Positions 52,691 to 64,000 of a stretch of 64,000 nt of DNA are shown piece after piece. The stretch covers positions 81,966,001-82,030,000 of the forward strand of contig NC_045697.1 of the NCBI RefSeq assembly GCF_009834535.1, given 5' to 3'. The DNA is from Camelus ferus. Taxonomy: Eukaryota. How positions within the stretch are numbered: the stretch's first letter is position 1; every line of letters starts with the position of its first letter. The notes beneath the pieces were generated by a model that saw only the letters and a list, made by a program, of their open reading frames with translations, was not told the DNA's origin and did not search any database. The translations under genes and the position numbers were made by a program.

Positions 52691-53199
52691 GGGTTAAGTT
52701 TTTCAATCTCTTTTATAACACCTGTGGTTTTCCTCATTAGAGCAGGTATTATTGGCTTCTTGTGAGGGAAAGGCTGGGCCACTGAGGAAGATGATAAAAC
52801 TGAAAATTTAACCCTGTGAAAATGACTGGTATATAACTTTTGTCATAAGATTTAGAAATTGTTATGGTTATCATCAGTTGTTTTCCCCGGTGGTCAAGGA
52901 GTCATGAGACCAGTGTCTACAGAGGGAGACCTAGCAGGTATATAAAATCTGTTCTTGATAAAAACAAGATTATTTTCCTGGAAGTTGTAGCCTTTAAGAA
53001 CCAGGTCTAAGGTCTTGTTGGCTTAGTTCACCCAAGAGAAATGCTTTGTCCATGTACTTCTGGAAGGTAAAGTATACCCTTTACATATATTAAAAAAAAT
53101 TAGATGTTTAGCTTGTACCAGTCAACTATCATCACCTTTCTGATGACTGTGTATTAAAATTATCACAATTTAATTATTTTACTTTTTAATAGATTTACT

Positions 53200-54760
53200 A
53201 TTTACTTTTTCTTTTCTGAAAGAGAATTGAAATATCATAAGCATATGGACCTTTTTAACTTGTTCACCATTTTAACAAGATCTTAAAGTATAATGTCTGC
53301 CTCCCCAATAGAACTTCAACTAATATTTATCAAAGAATGAACAAATCAAGACTTTTGCAAAGTAATTACATTCAGTGATTGATGAAAGTGCTGCCTATGA
53401 TATTGTAGATGTCAAACATAGTATGTAGATGATATTATTGCAAATATGTATCTTCCCAAGATTTTATCACCCTCTTATTTCACTCGTTCTCATTTTATTC
53501 TAAGGTCTTTAAGGCTGTGCACATTGCAGTTTTCTCCTTTTTTCATTTCAGGGACAATGTCTGATTCATAGATGATACTTATTATTTTTGAATGTATGAA
53601 TATATGAATGATTAGATGAATGAATGGCTATAGGTTAACCACATTTAGTAACTTTGTAATTTACATGAGAAATATTTCATTGAAAATATCATTAATTGTA
53701 TAATTTAAGTAATATTATACATAGTCTTCAACTTTAATATATGCAATTTTACCAAATTTAGCATAGGATATATGCCATTAGAATTCTGACAATGTTAAGA
53801 TTAGTACATTACCTAAATAATCTCAGAAGTCATTAAATAAAACATTTAATTACATTGTTTTGCAAATGACATGCCTATCAACAACAATAACAGAATAAAA
53901 TCTACCTATCAATAAATTCAATCTCTGAGCACTGTTTAGTTAGCATACTGATTACTGTGTGTATTTTCATGTATCATATTCAGAGCAGATGTATATGTTT
54001 ATGATGAGAGTCCTTCAGCAATTTTTATGTAAATGAAAGTCATACATTTTAATATTTTAGAGCTTCTTATAGAATTTCTACTTCACAGGAATAGGTATCT
54101 GTTTATTTTCTTCAATAATGGTAGCAAAGCTCTACCTACCACAGTGTTTGAGCACAGAGTGCTTACTTGATAAATATCTGCTGAAGACATGTAAAAATGT
54201 CAACCAAAAGGAAGATAGCTATAAAGAATAAGTGAAAAAAAGAAAGCCAATGTATTTAGGATTGTTTTAAGAATTTAATTCAGTAATTATCTTTACCAGT
54301 GAAATGCGATGACTTAAGGCTCATCTATTTACGATAATGATAGACAGAGAGATGATGATGGCATAGTAACCTCATGTATGTAACTGAATGCAACTTTATT
54401 ATGTTGAGCACATAAAAATTCATTGTTGATCTAGTATTTACATATATGGTCTAGGAGTTGTTGTGAGGACTCTAAAAAATGTGCCCTCTAGAAATTTATG
54501 AGAGTTGTTGGATTTGAGCCATTCAACTGTTTACAGCTCTTTTATTTGCTGAGAACTTACCATGTGTTAGTCATTATGTTAAGTGATAGGGGAAGATAAA
54601 TTATCAAATAGTAAATACAGTTCCTATATTTATAAGCTTAAAATACTGTTAGACCAAAAATTACTGATAAAATATTCATGCAAATACATATAAAATCATG
54701 ACTGCTATAGGTACTTCAAATGAAAGCTGAATGTTGTAAGAGAACCTATAATGCACTATA
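53200..54760. mobile_element. Scattered LINE-2 3' fragments (~53200-53345, ~53500-53625, ~54060-54185, ~54540-54760)
   Basis: L2-type tails such as 'gaatgtatgaatatatgaatg' and 'tgataaatatctgctgaa'. Confidence 0.45.
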
Positions 54761-57203
54761 CAGTTTTGAATGATATCAAAAATCTGGTATGATCTAATAT
54801 TGAATATTGATTGGACCTGAAATTATGTTTAATTTTAAATATCAGATATTTAATACATAAAAGACAATGAGCGGTATAGGTCCATGATCTGTAAACTTTT
54901 TTTAATAGTCAGCTATTCTTGACAATGATCATTTGATGGTACAGTATATCAACTGACTAAATATTGAGATGACCTGTTAGCAAAGGTAGAATACTCCCAA
55001 TTTGATTTTTACAAAGCAATCAAAGAACCTAGCTTTTTCCCCCTTTGAAGAAAGTATGAATAATCAAACATCTGTAAAACATGAAAGTGGCTATGAAGCA
55101 ACCATTAAGTTGCTTAGGTGTCCACTGTGCCATCCCGCCTTCCAGTGACAGACGGATTCGGTGACTGAATGACAGTGCACGTTGTCCTGGTGAAATGATG
55201 TAATCAGACATTTCTCTAAAGGAGATTGTCATCAGATTCATTTCTCCCAGATGGTATTTTTATAAGAAAAATTTTGTATTTAAGGATTAAGTTCATGCTA
55301 ATAGACTCATTACAACAGCTATTGCTAAAAGCTACATATGTAAGTACTAGAATGTGCTTTTAAAAAGTAAGAGTGAAATTTTTTTCCATTCATATTCTGA
55401 TAAGTATCATGTCTATATCTGTGAAGTTTTCATCTCTACTTTATATATATTTGTTTTATGATTTCTGTTGGATATTGTGATATATATCCAGCTCCAAAAC
55501 CTAATTAGATAGAAGTGATATTTGGTGAAGGATATCTCAGGGGAAATGTAGAAACATATATGACAACTTAGATTTGTGATTTTAGACATCCCTTTGCATA
55601 ATAGTATATTATCTGATAATAAGTGGTGCAATTTCTTTTTATACTTTCAAAGAAATCCCAGAAATTATTTATTATTTATATTGTAATATTTTATATTTTT
55701 GAACATTTAATATTTGAAATTAGAGTTGTCACAGATTTAGTTCAATGTAATCCTTTATATTACTTGTTAATCTAGGAAAAATGTCATTTGAAGCCATAAT
55801 TATTAATTATCCCATTCTATGCTCCTTTACAGTATTTGAGTAATGAGCCATTGACTGTGGTGGCTCAGTGTCTCTGATTACTGAAAAGTGCATTACTTTT
55901 AATGTAAATTGTTGCTGCAAAAATCAATGCCTCTTACTTCTAATTAAATGAATTAATGGATTTGGGCACTCGAGAAAAATTGAAATGTATTACTTGTAAA
56001 CTTTTCAGAGCTTCATTTCAATAATGAATTATCTGATTAGCAATGACCATGGGAAAAAGTTCAAGGAGACTACCTAGAAAGTAATCTGGGACATTAAAAA
56101 AAAAAAAAAGTTCAACTTTTGTATCTTCCTTCTCATGATTATTTTAGGTGACAATACAGTTAGGCAGAACACTGACAAATTTATTTGAAAGTCATTTTAA
56201 CTAACTGCTTAGCTAAATCAGAGATTTACAAATTTCTCCATTCCTATTGCTGTTCATTTGACTTTGGAATTTAATTATTGTAATTATCTTTTTTTACTGA
56301 GATGATAGTGGTGATATTGATACATAATTGAAGTGCTTTTGCATTTTCCTTTCTTGATCTCAAGAGTTATGTATAGAATTTAATCAGTTCTAAAGATCTT
56401 TGTAGTTTAAACATTATAGTTTTAGATCTGTTCATGAATATTAAATTTTATCTTTTTTCTGTGAGAATAATTGAACATGAACACACTGAAGAAATGATTT
56501 CTGAAAAAATGAATCTCACAATTTTTAAATATATTTAGCCTATTTTAATGTTCACAGTGTTTTCTTTCTATAAAATATTCCATTATAATTAAGTTATCCA
56601 CAAATCAGTCTTTCAAATTTTATTTAAAAATAACAATATTTCTTATTTACAACTATTATTGCTAATATATGTAAGGATTTAATATTTCAAAAGTATGATA
56701 CATAATTTTAGTTGTATTTATGATGAATGCATTAAAAGAATCTAAATTTGCCGATTTTCATTGATTTCTTAACAGAATGGAATTCTTAACTTCTAGTTCT
56801 TTTAAAAATGTAAGTAGAAAATTTCTTGTATTTGATTGGGTAAAGCTACAGTGAAGACAATTGAGCCCTAGGTGTTTTGAAGAAAACTGATATCTTAAAA
56901 ACATGGGCTTCATTAATACCGAAGTCAAAACAGAATTTTTGACAGTTCCGAAGTCATTTCATTTATTTGCTTGAATTTGACTTCTGTTACATTTTCTCAT
57001 TTCTGTCACTTCTCTCACTTTTAACTTTTTGAATAAAATATACTCACCTAAGTCTGTGTTCTAAATAGATTGAGTAGTTTATTTTATTAAGTTGATCAAC
57101 TATTTAATTAGTAAGTCTGGTTGAAATATACTTTATATTTTTGAATAAATAAAATACATTTATATTACCAGTTGATGATAAATGGAAAATTATTCCTTTG
57201 AAT

Positions 57204-57457
57204 CAGAATTTCTCAAATTTGGCATTCTTGGTATTTTAGGCTGGGTAATTCTTTATTGACAAAGTCTGTGCTGTATACTGTAATATATTTAGCAACATCC
57301 CTGGTCTCTATCCACTAGGTATTAGTAGCAGCCCTCAACCCCCCTCTGCCCAAAAAAGACCCCAAAACCCACACATGAAGCTGTGACAGCCAGAAATGTC
57401 TCCAGGCATTGCAAAATGCTCTTTGGGAGAAAAATTTCCCCTGGTTAAGAACCACTG
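57204..57457 (+). mobile_element. hAT-Charlie MITE (MER20)
   Basis: TIRs 'cagaatttctcaa'/'ttaagaaccactg'; internal 'tttagcaacatccctggtctctatccactag'; 8-bp TSD ctttgaat/ttttaaat. Confidence 0.92.
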
Positions 57458-57839
57458 TTTTAAATCAATGTAATGAGCTCAAATAAAATTTCTTAAAGTT
57501 ATTACAAGTTAAAGTTTTAGAACACTACACTGAAAAAAATGTAATAGAAAACTTACCTTAATAAAAAGCTTTTTTCAGGCAATAATGTAAACCCATTTCC
57601 TGCAAACTATGAAGAAAATTAACTACTTTCAATGCCTTATCTCATTATGGCACTGTTTACCACATGATGATACATTAAAACTCAGTGCTACCTGATACAA
57701 ATATTTTGGTACCAAAGACCAAAGTGTCAGTAGTTTTCTCTAAGAAACAGTCATTGTTAAGTGTGAACTGACTTTTGTTTGGGATAACTGTTGATAAAGA
57801 TTAAGGGACACAGAAATAGACGGGCTCTGAAAGCCTTCA

Positions 57840-58130
57840 AATGTGATTCAGATGCAACTGTGAAAGGAAAGAGTGTTTGAAGCAGTTTTCTGCACCTGAA
57901 GTCTCATACATCAGTGTCTATCTGTCAACCCAATGGGAAGAACCAAAGTAAAGATTACCTGTTAGAGGGGTGCCATGTTGGCTAGAAATAGCCAATGCTT
58001 AGAACTCCTGTTGTATTAAAACCCCTGGCTGAGGGATACCTGAAGAGAAGGCAGTGGACTTCAAATGCTGGGGTGAATCCTGGAAGTACTATTAGCTGAG
58101 TAGCAAGTTCTTTCTTGAAGGGAAATCCAA
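57840..58130 (-). mobile_element. ERV-L LTR (LTR33/LTR67-like group), a 3' LTR
   Basis: 'aaagattacctgttagaggggtgccatgttggctagaaatagcca' resembles this LTR group. Confidence 0.6.
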
Positions 58131-58149
58131 GCAGCATTCCTTCATGACC

Positions 58150-58960
58150 TTCATTGTCTTTTTCTTGCACAAGACATATCCCCTTCTTCATTCATGTTAG
58201 GTGTTTGAGAGCCACTCTTCCAGGGTTCCAGTTGACTTTCTTCTTAAGGATAAACTCAGAATTGGTGGTTACTGAGATTCAGTAGAGCCCTCATTGTTGG
58301 AATAGTTTTCATGGTTACAGTTGGTACACAAAGTCTCCCTTCATCACTGTCCATTCTAAATACCCCTTGCCTCTGCTGGCCTCAGCAATTCTTGAGGAGC
58401 CTGTGTCCCTTGTAACTATACTCTTCATAGTCTGGAGTTGCTGCACTTATTCATAGTCACAGTTAGGCAAGGAATTAGGGAGAGGAGTCCATGTGGATTA
58501 CTTGAGTTACTCACATATTCCTCTTGGCCCCAGTGTGTGACAGCAGCTCTACCTCTTCTTAATCATAATCAGTGTCCTCTGTCACTGTGATGAGTTCTCT
58601 TCTGACCTACTTATCCCTGGACCATGGGAGTCCAAAGTACCCAAGTGGTAGCCTAGCTTACATAGTTTACAGTGTACTGGAAACTGCCAAGATACCATCC
58701 CCTTCAGCATGAGACCCTCCAACCCTGCAGAGCCCAGAGTTCAAGGACAGGATTCCAGATATGAATCTTTGGATATAATGGTCAGAGAGTTCACCTCTGC
58801 TTTCCAGATCCATGTTTTCTTCCTACGGAGGATGCAGAGACAGAGGTCTGTGATTCAATAATCTTAATACCTCTTGGAGGACAGCATACCATCCTCACAG
58901 AGTACTTCTTCCAAGCTGGGCCTTCACCTGCACCTTTGGCAGGTAATTTTAATGCACTAG
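58150..58960 (-). mobile_element. ERV-L internal relic: integrase C-terminus plus dUTPase
   Basis: Minus strand gives degenerate 'GWYAVLQE..LNHRPL', 'GRKHGSGKQ', 'TLGSAGLE', 'RLPLGYFGL', 'EEVELLSHTGAKR', collinear with ERV-L IN-dUTPase. Confidence 0.85.
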
Positions 58961-59074
58961 TATGGTAGTTGCTTTTGGAATAAATGAATGCATATATACT
59001 TATCTACTATATGTATGTATGTGTACAGGCTTATTTCTGCTATTTTTAAGTAAGTGGTTTCCCCTTTATGTTGA

Positions 59075-60055
59075 AAAATAGGCTTATTATCCAAAATATA
59101 AAAGAAAGTGTACAACTCAGTAGCAAAAAATAACCTGATTAAATAATGGGCAAAAATCTTGAATAGACATTTCACAAAAGAAGACATATAAATGATTGAC
59201 CGGTATACGAAAAACTGCTAAAATCATTACTTATAAGGGAAATGTACATCAAAACCCCCAATGATTCATCACTTCACCACTGCTAGATTGTCTGTTGCCA
59301 AAAATAAATAAATAAATAAAACCCCCAAAATATAACAAGTGTTGACAAGTATATGGAGAAATTGAAACCCTTGTACACTGTTGGTGGGAATGTAAAATAA
59401 TGCAGCTGCAATGAAAAAAAATGTATGGTGATTCCTCAAAAAATTAAAAATAGAATTGCCATATAATTTTGCAGTTCTACTGGATATATAATTTCGAATG
59501 GAATTTAAATCAAGGCCTCAATAAATACATACATGAATTCCCATGCTCATTGCAGCATTACTAACAATAGTCAAGATATGAAAGCAACCTACATACCCAA
59601 TGACAGATGAATAGATAAAGAAAATGTGGTATATATATATGTATGTATATGTGTGTGTGTGTGTGTGATGTATGTATATATATATAATAGAATATTATTC
59701 AGCCCTTAAAAAGAAAATCCTGCCATATGCAAAAACATGAACTAACCTGGAAGATATTATGCTAAATGAAATAAACCAGTCACAGAAGGATACATGCTGC
59801 ATAACTCCAATTATATGAGGTATCTAAAATAGCCAAGTTCATAGAGACAGAGTAGTGATTGCCAGGTGCTGAGAGGAGAGGGAATTGGGGAGTTGCCGTT
59901 CAAAGGTTATGAAGTTTCAGTTATGCAAGATGAATGAGTTCTAGAGATCTGCTGAAACATTGTGCCTATAGTTAACAATACAGTATTGTGCACTTAAAGA
60001 TTTGTTAAGTGTGTAATCTCATGTTATGTGTTCTTATCACAATAAAAAATTAAAC
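59075..60055 (+). mobile_element. LINE-1 3' end (L1MA-type), with a TA/TG microsatellite at ~59630-59685
   Basis: 'ttgaatagacatttcacaaaagaagacat', 'gttctagagatctgctg', 'cacaataaaaaa' tail. Confidence 0.92.
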
Positions 60056-60689
60056 AAGACAAAACTGGACAGATGCATCTTTTAGTCAGCATATCTTGCC
60101 AAAACATACTGAAAAAGTATTTAAAAGGACAATGATAAACAAATCATTTAGGAAGCTGCACAGAGGCATTCCAAAATAAAATTCATCATAACAAAATAAT
60201 ATTGACTTGGTTTTAAAGACTTAATTTACTAGTAGTGTCTGTTGACAGAACACTCCTTCTTCCATCTTTTTTTTTTGTTTTTCATATGATGGCCACACAT
60301 CTGTTACTGGGCACACTTCCTTCCATGGTTGTAACACATATTATCAAGATTTTTCTTGCTGCTACCATGAAGCTCAAAGTTTTTCTTTGTTCTTTCAGCT
60401 CCTAAATTAGAATCAGAGAACAAATGTTGTTTCATTTGGTTAGTTTTTGTTTTTTTTAATTAGTTATAGCCTTAAATTTAATGCAGTTTGGCAAAATAAT
60501 TATTTCTCGAAATGGCTTTATAACATTTGTTTGTAATTCTCCAATGCACATAGAGGAGGAGAAAAAATACTTCTAAAATGACACAGTGATACAAAGGAAA
60601 TCTATAACCCCTTTCATTTAGGCACTCCATCCTAATTGACCTATTTATTTTTGTAACTCTAAATTCCTCTGCTTCACTTTTTTCTATTG

Positions 60690-61669
60690 ACTTCATTTTT
60701 TTAGAGCAGTTTTAAATTCACAGCAGCATTAAAATGAAGGAACAGAGATTATTCATGTATCCACTGACCCTTCACATCCCCCGGCTCCCCATTACCAATA
60801 CTCCCCACCAGAATGATAAATTTATTAAATTGATGAACCTAAATTGTTATATCATCACCCAAAATTCATAGTTGATGGATTGCTTTAGGTGTTGTGTACT
60901 CTATGAATTTAAATTAATGTATAATGATATATATTCATCAGTATTATATCATACAGAATATTTACTGCCGTAAAAATCCTCTGTGATGTGCCTTTTCATC
61001 CCTCCTTAAAGCCCTCCAACCTTTGGCAACAGCTGATATTTTTACTGTCTCCATAGTTTTACCTTTTCTAGAATGTCATATAGTTGGAATCACACAGTAT
61101 GTAGCCTTTTCAGATTGGCTCCTTTTTGTTAATATGCATTTAAGACTTCTTCATGTCTTTTTATGGCTTGATAGCTCTTTTCTTTTTAGCACTGAATAAT
61201 ATTCCATTGTCTACATGCACCACAGTTTATTTATCCAGTCAGCTACTGAAGGACATTTTGATTGCTTCCAAGGTTTGGCATTTATAGATAAAGCTGCTGT
61301 AAACATCAAGTGTGGATTTTGCATGCATATACTTTGCATAAATACCAAGGAGTGAGATTGCTGGATCATCTGATAAAATTTTGTAGAAAAACCACCAAAG
61401 TATCTTACAGAGTGGATATACCATTTTGCATTCCCACCAGCAATAAATGAAAGGTTCCTGTTGCTCCACAATCTCACTCAGCATTTAGTGTTGACATGGT
61501 TCTGACTTTTGTCATTGTAATAAGTATGTAGTGGTATCTCATTGTTGTTTTAATTTGCATTTTCTTGAAGACTTATGATGTGAAACAGTTTTTCATATGC
61601 TTAATTTTTTTCCATGTATCTTCTTTGGCAAGTTTAAGGTCCTTTATCCTTTAAGGTCTTTGACCCATC
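60690..61669 (-). mobile_element. Ancient LINE-1 3' end (L1MC/L1MD-like)
   Basis: 'ttttttagagcagttttaaattcacagca'; ORF 61239-61484 has 'YCWWECKMV..DDPAISLLGIY'. Confidence 0.9.
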
Positions 61670-64000
61670 TTTTTTTTTTTTTTTTTTTTTAGTTTTATTT
61701 TATTGAGTTGTAATCAGTTTACAATGTTGTGTCAATTTCTGGTGTAGAGCACAGTTTTTCAGTTATACATGAACATACTTATATTCATTGTCACATTCTT
61801 TTTCACCATGAGCTACCACAAGATCATGTATATATTTCCCTGTGCTATACAGTATAATCTTGTTTATCTATTCTACATTTTGAACTCCCAGTCTGTCCCT
61901 TCCCACCCCCCGCCCCCTTGGCAACCACAAGTTTGTATTCTATGTCTTTAAGTCTGTTTCTGTTTTGTATTCATGGTTTTTTTTTTTTTAGATTCCACAT
62001 ATGAGCGATCTCATATGGTATTTTTCTTTCTCTTTCTGGCTTACTTCACTTAGAATGACATTCTCCAGGAACATCCATGTTGCTGCAAATGGCGTTATGT
62101 TGTCGGGTTTTATGGCTGAATAGTATTCCATCGTATAAATATACCACTTCTTCTTTATTCAGTCATAGGTTGATGGACATTTAGGCTGTTTCCATGTCTT
62201 AGCTACTGTAAATAGTGCTGCTATGAATATTGGGGTGCAGGTGTCATTTTGAAGTAGGGTTCCTTCTGGGTATACGCCCAGGAGTGTGATTCCTGGGACC
62301 TATGGTAAGTCTGTTCCTAGTCTTTTGAGGAATCCCCATAGTGTTTTCCACAGTGGCTGCACCAAACCGCATTCCCACCAGCAGTGTAGGAGGGTTCCCT
62401 TTTCTCCACAGCCTCTCCAGCATTTGTCATTTGTGGACTTTTGAATGATGGCCATTCAGACTGGTGTGAGGTGATACCTCATTGTAGTTTTGATTTGCAT
62501 TTCTCTGATAATTAGTGATATTGAGCATTTTTTCATGTGTCTATTGATCATTTGTATTTCTTCCTTGGAGAATTGCTTGTTTAGGTCTTCTGCCCATTTT
62601 TGGATTGGGTTGTTTGTTTTTTTCTTATTAAGTTGTATGAGCTGCTTATATATTCTGGAGATCAAGCCTTTGTCAGTTTCATCTTTTGCAAAAATATTCT
62701 CCCATTCTGTAGGTTGTCGTTTTGTTTTATTTATGGTTTCCTTTGCTGTGCAAAAGCCTGTAAGTTTCATTAGGTCCCATTTGTTTATTCTTGCTTTTAT
62801 TTCTATTCCTTGAGTAGACTGCCCTAGGAGAACATTTTTGAGATATATGTGAGATAATGTTTTGCCTATGTTTTCTTCTAGGAGGTTTATTGTATCTTGT
62901 CTTATGTTTAAGTCTTTGATCCATTTTGAGTTGATTTTTGTGTATGGTGTAAAGGAGTATTCTAGCTTCATTGATTTACATGCTGCTGTCCAGTTTTCCC
63001 AATACCATTTGTTGAAGAGACTGTCTTTATTCCATTGTATGTTCTTGCCTCCTTTGTCAAAGATTAGTTGACCAAAAGTTTGTGGGTTCATTTCTGGATT
63101 CTCTATTCTGTTCTATTGGTCCATATGTCTGTTTTTGTACCAATACCATGCTGTCTTGATTACTGTAGCTCTGTAGTATTGTCTGAAGTCTGGGAGGATT
63201 ATTCCTCCAGCCTTTCTTTTTCTTCAGTAATGCTTTGGCAATTGTGGGTCTTTTGTGATTCCATGTAAATTTTATTATTTGTTCTAGTTCTGTGCAATAT
63301 GTCCTGGGTAATTTGATAGGGATTGCATTAAATCTGTAGATTGTCTTGGGCAGTATGACCATTTTAATAATATTGATTCTTCCAATCCCGGAGTATGGAA
63401 TATCTTTCCATTTTTTTTAAGTCTTCTTTCATTTCCTTGATCAGTGTTTTATAGTTCTCCATGTATAAGTCTTTCACCTTCTTGGTTAGATTTATTCCTA
63501 GGTATTTTATTACTTTGGGTGCTATTTTAAAGAGGATTGTTTCTTTACTTTCTTTTTCTGTTGATTCATCATTAGTGTAAAGGAATGCAACTGAGTTTTG
63601 TACGTTAATGTTGTAACCTGCTATCTTGCCGAATTCTTTGATTATTTCTAGTAGTTTTTGTGTGGACCTTTTGGGGTTTTCTATGTATAGTATCGTATCA
63701 TCTGCATATAGTGACAATTTTACCTCTTCTTTTCCAATTTGGATCCCTTTTATTTCTCTCTCTTGCATGATTGCTTTGTCTAGGACTTATAAGACTATGT
63801 TGAATAGGAATGGTGATAGTGGGCAGCCTTGTCTTGTCCCAGATTTTAGTGGGATAGCTTTGAATTTTTCACCATTAAGTTCTATGCTGGCTGTAGGTGT
63901 GTCATATTTAGCTTTTATTATGTTGAGATATGTTCCCTCTATACCCACTTTGGTGAGAGTTTTTATCATAAATGGGTGTTGAATTTTATCAAATGCTTTT
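61670..64000 (-). mobile_element. Young LINE-1 (continues beyond the window), inserted into an older L1
   Basis: T21 tail at 61670-61690; 3'UTR closely similar to that of 50574-51732; ORF2 segments. Confidence 0.97.
61989..64000 (-). pseudogene. L1 ORF2p (RT to C-terminus), broken by stops and frameshifts
   Basis: ORF pieces 63787-63969 '[18 protein letters not shown]', 63364-63768 'LYADD', 63057-63362, 62456-63091. Confidence 0.95.

Noticed and set aside
28520..58960. The two ERV-L relics as one dispersed provirus
   Set aside because: On the minus strand the 3' half lies upstream of the 5' half, which is the wrong order, and the LTRs look like different groups
62490..63982. Plus-strand ORFs over the young L1
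   Set aside because: Antisense shadow ORFs of L1 ORF2

Overview
This is AT-rich, CpG-depleted mammalian genomic DNA. It is probably a camelid or other cetartiodactyl, inferred from the young L1 3' ends and the lack of recognisable lineage-specific SINEs. I find no supportable host protein-coding exon, RNA gene or CRISPR array. The window is mostly transposon fossils: young and ancient LINE-1 copies, ERV1-type solo LTRs, MaLR/MLT2 LTRs, two separate ERV-L relics (5'LTR-gag-protease-RT start, and integrase-dUTPase-3'LTR), hAT and Tigger MITEs, MIR/L2 and microsatellites. The only recognisable protein sequence is L1 ORF2 and degenerate ERV-L pol. Points worth follow-up: a strong minus-strand bias of retroelements, a ~440-bp L1 whose 5'UTR is fused directly to the RT domain, a head-to-head L1 junction ending in telomere-like hexamers, a young L1 with a perfect 15-bp TSD, a 34-bp palindrome, several minus-strand splice-bounded segments and some unique enhancer-like tracts. 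I found no convincing novel biological system. Repeat family names come from memory of consensus sequences, not a search, and old-repeat boundaries are approximate.
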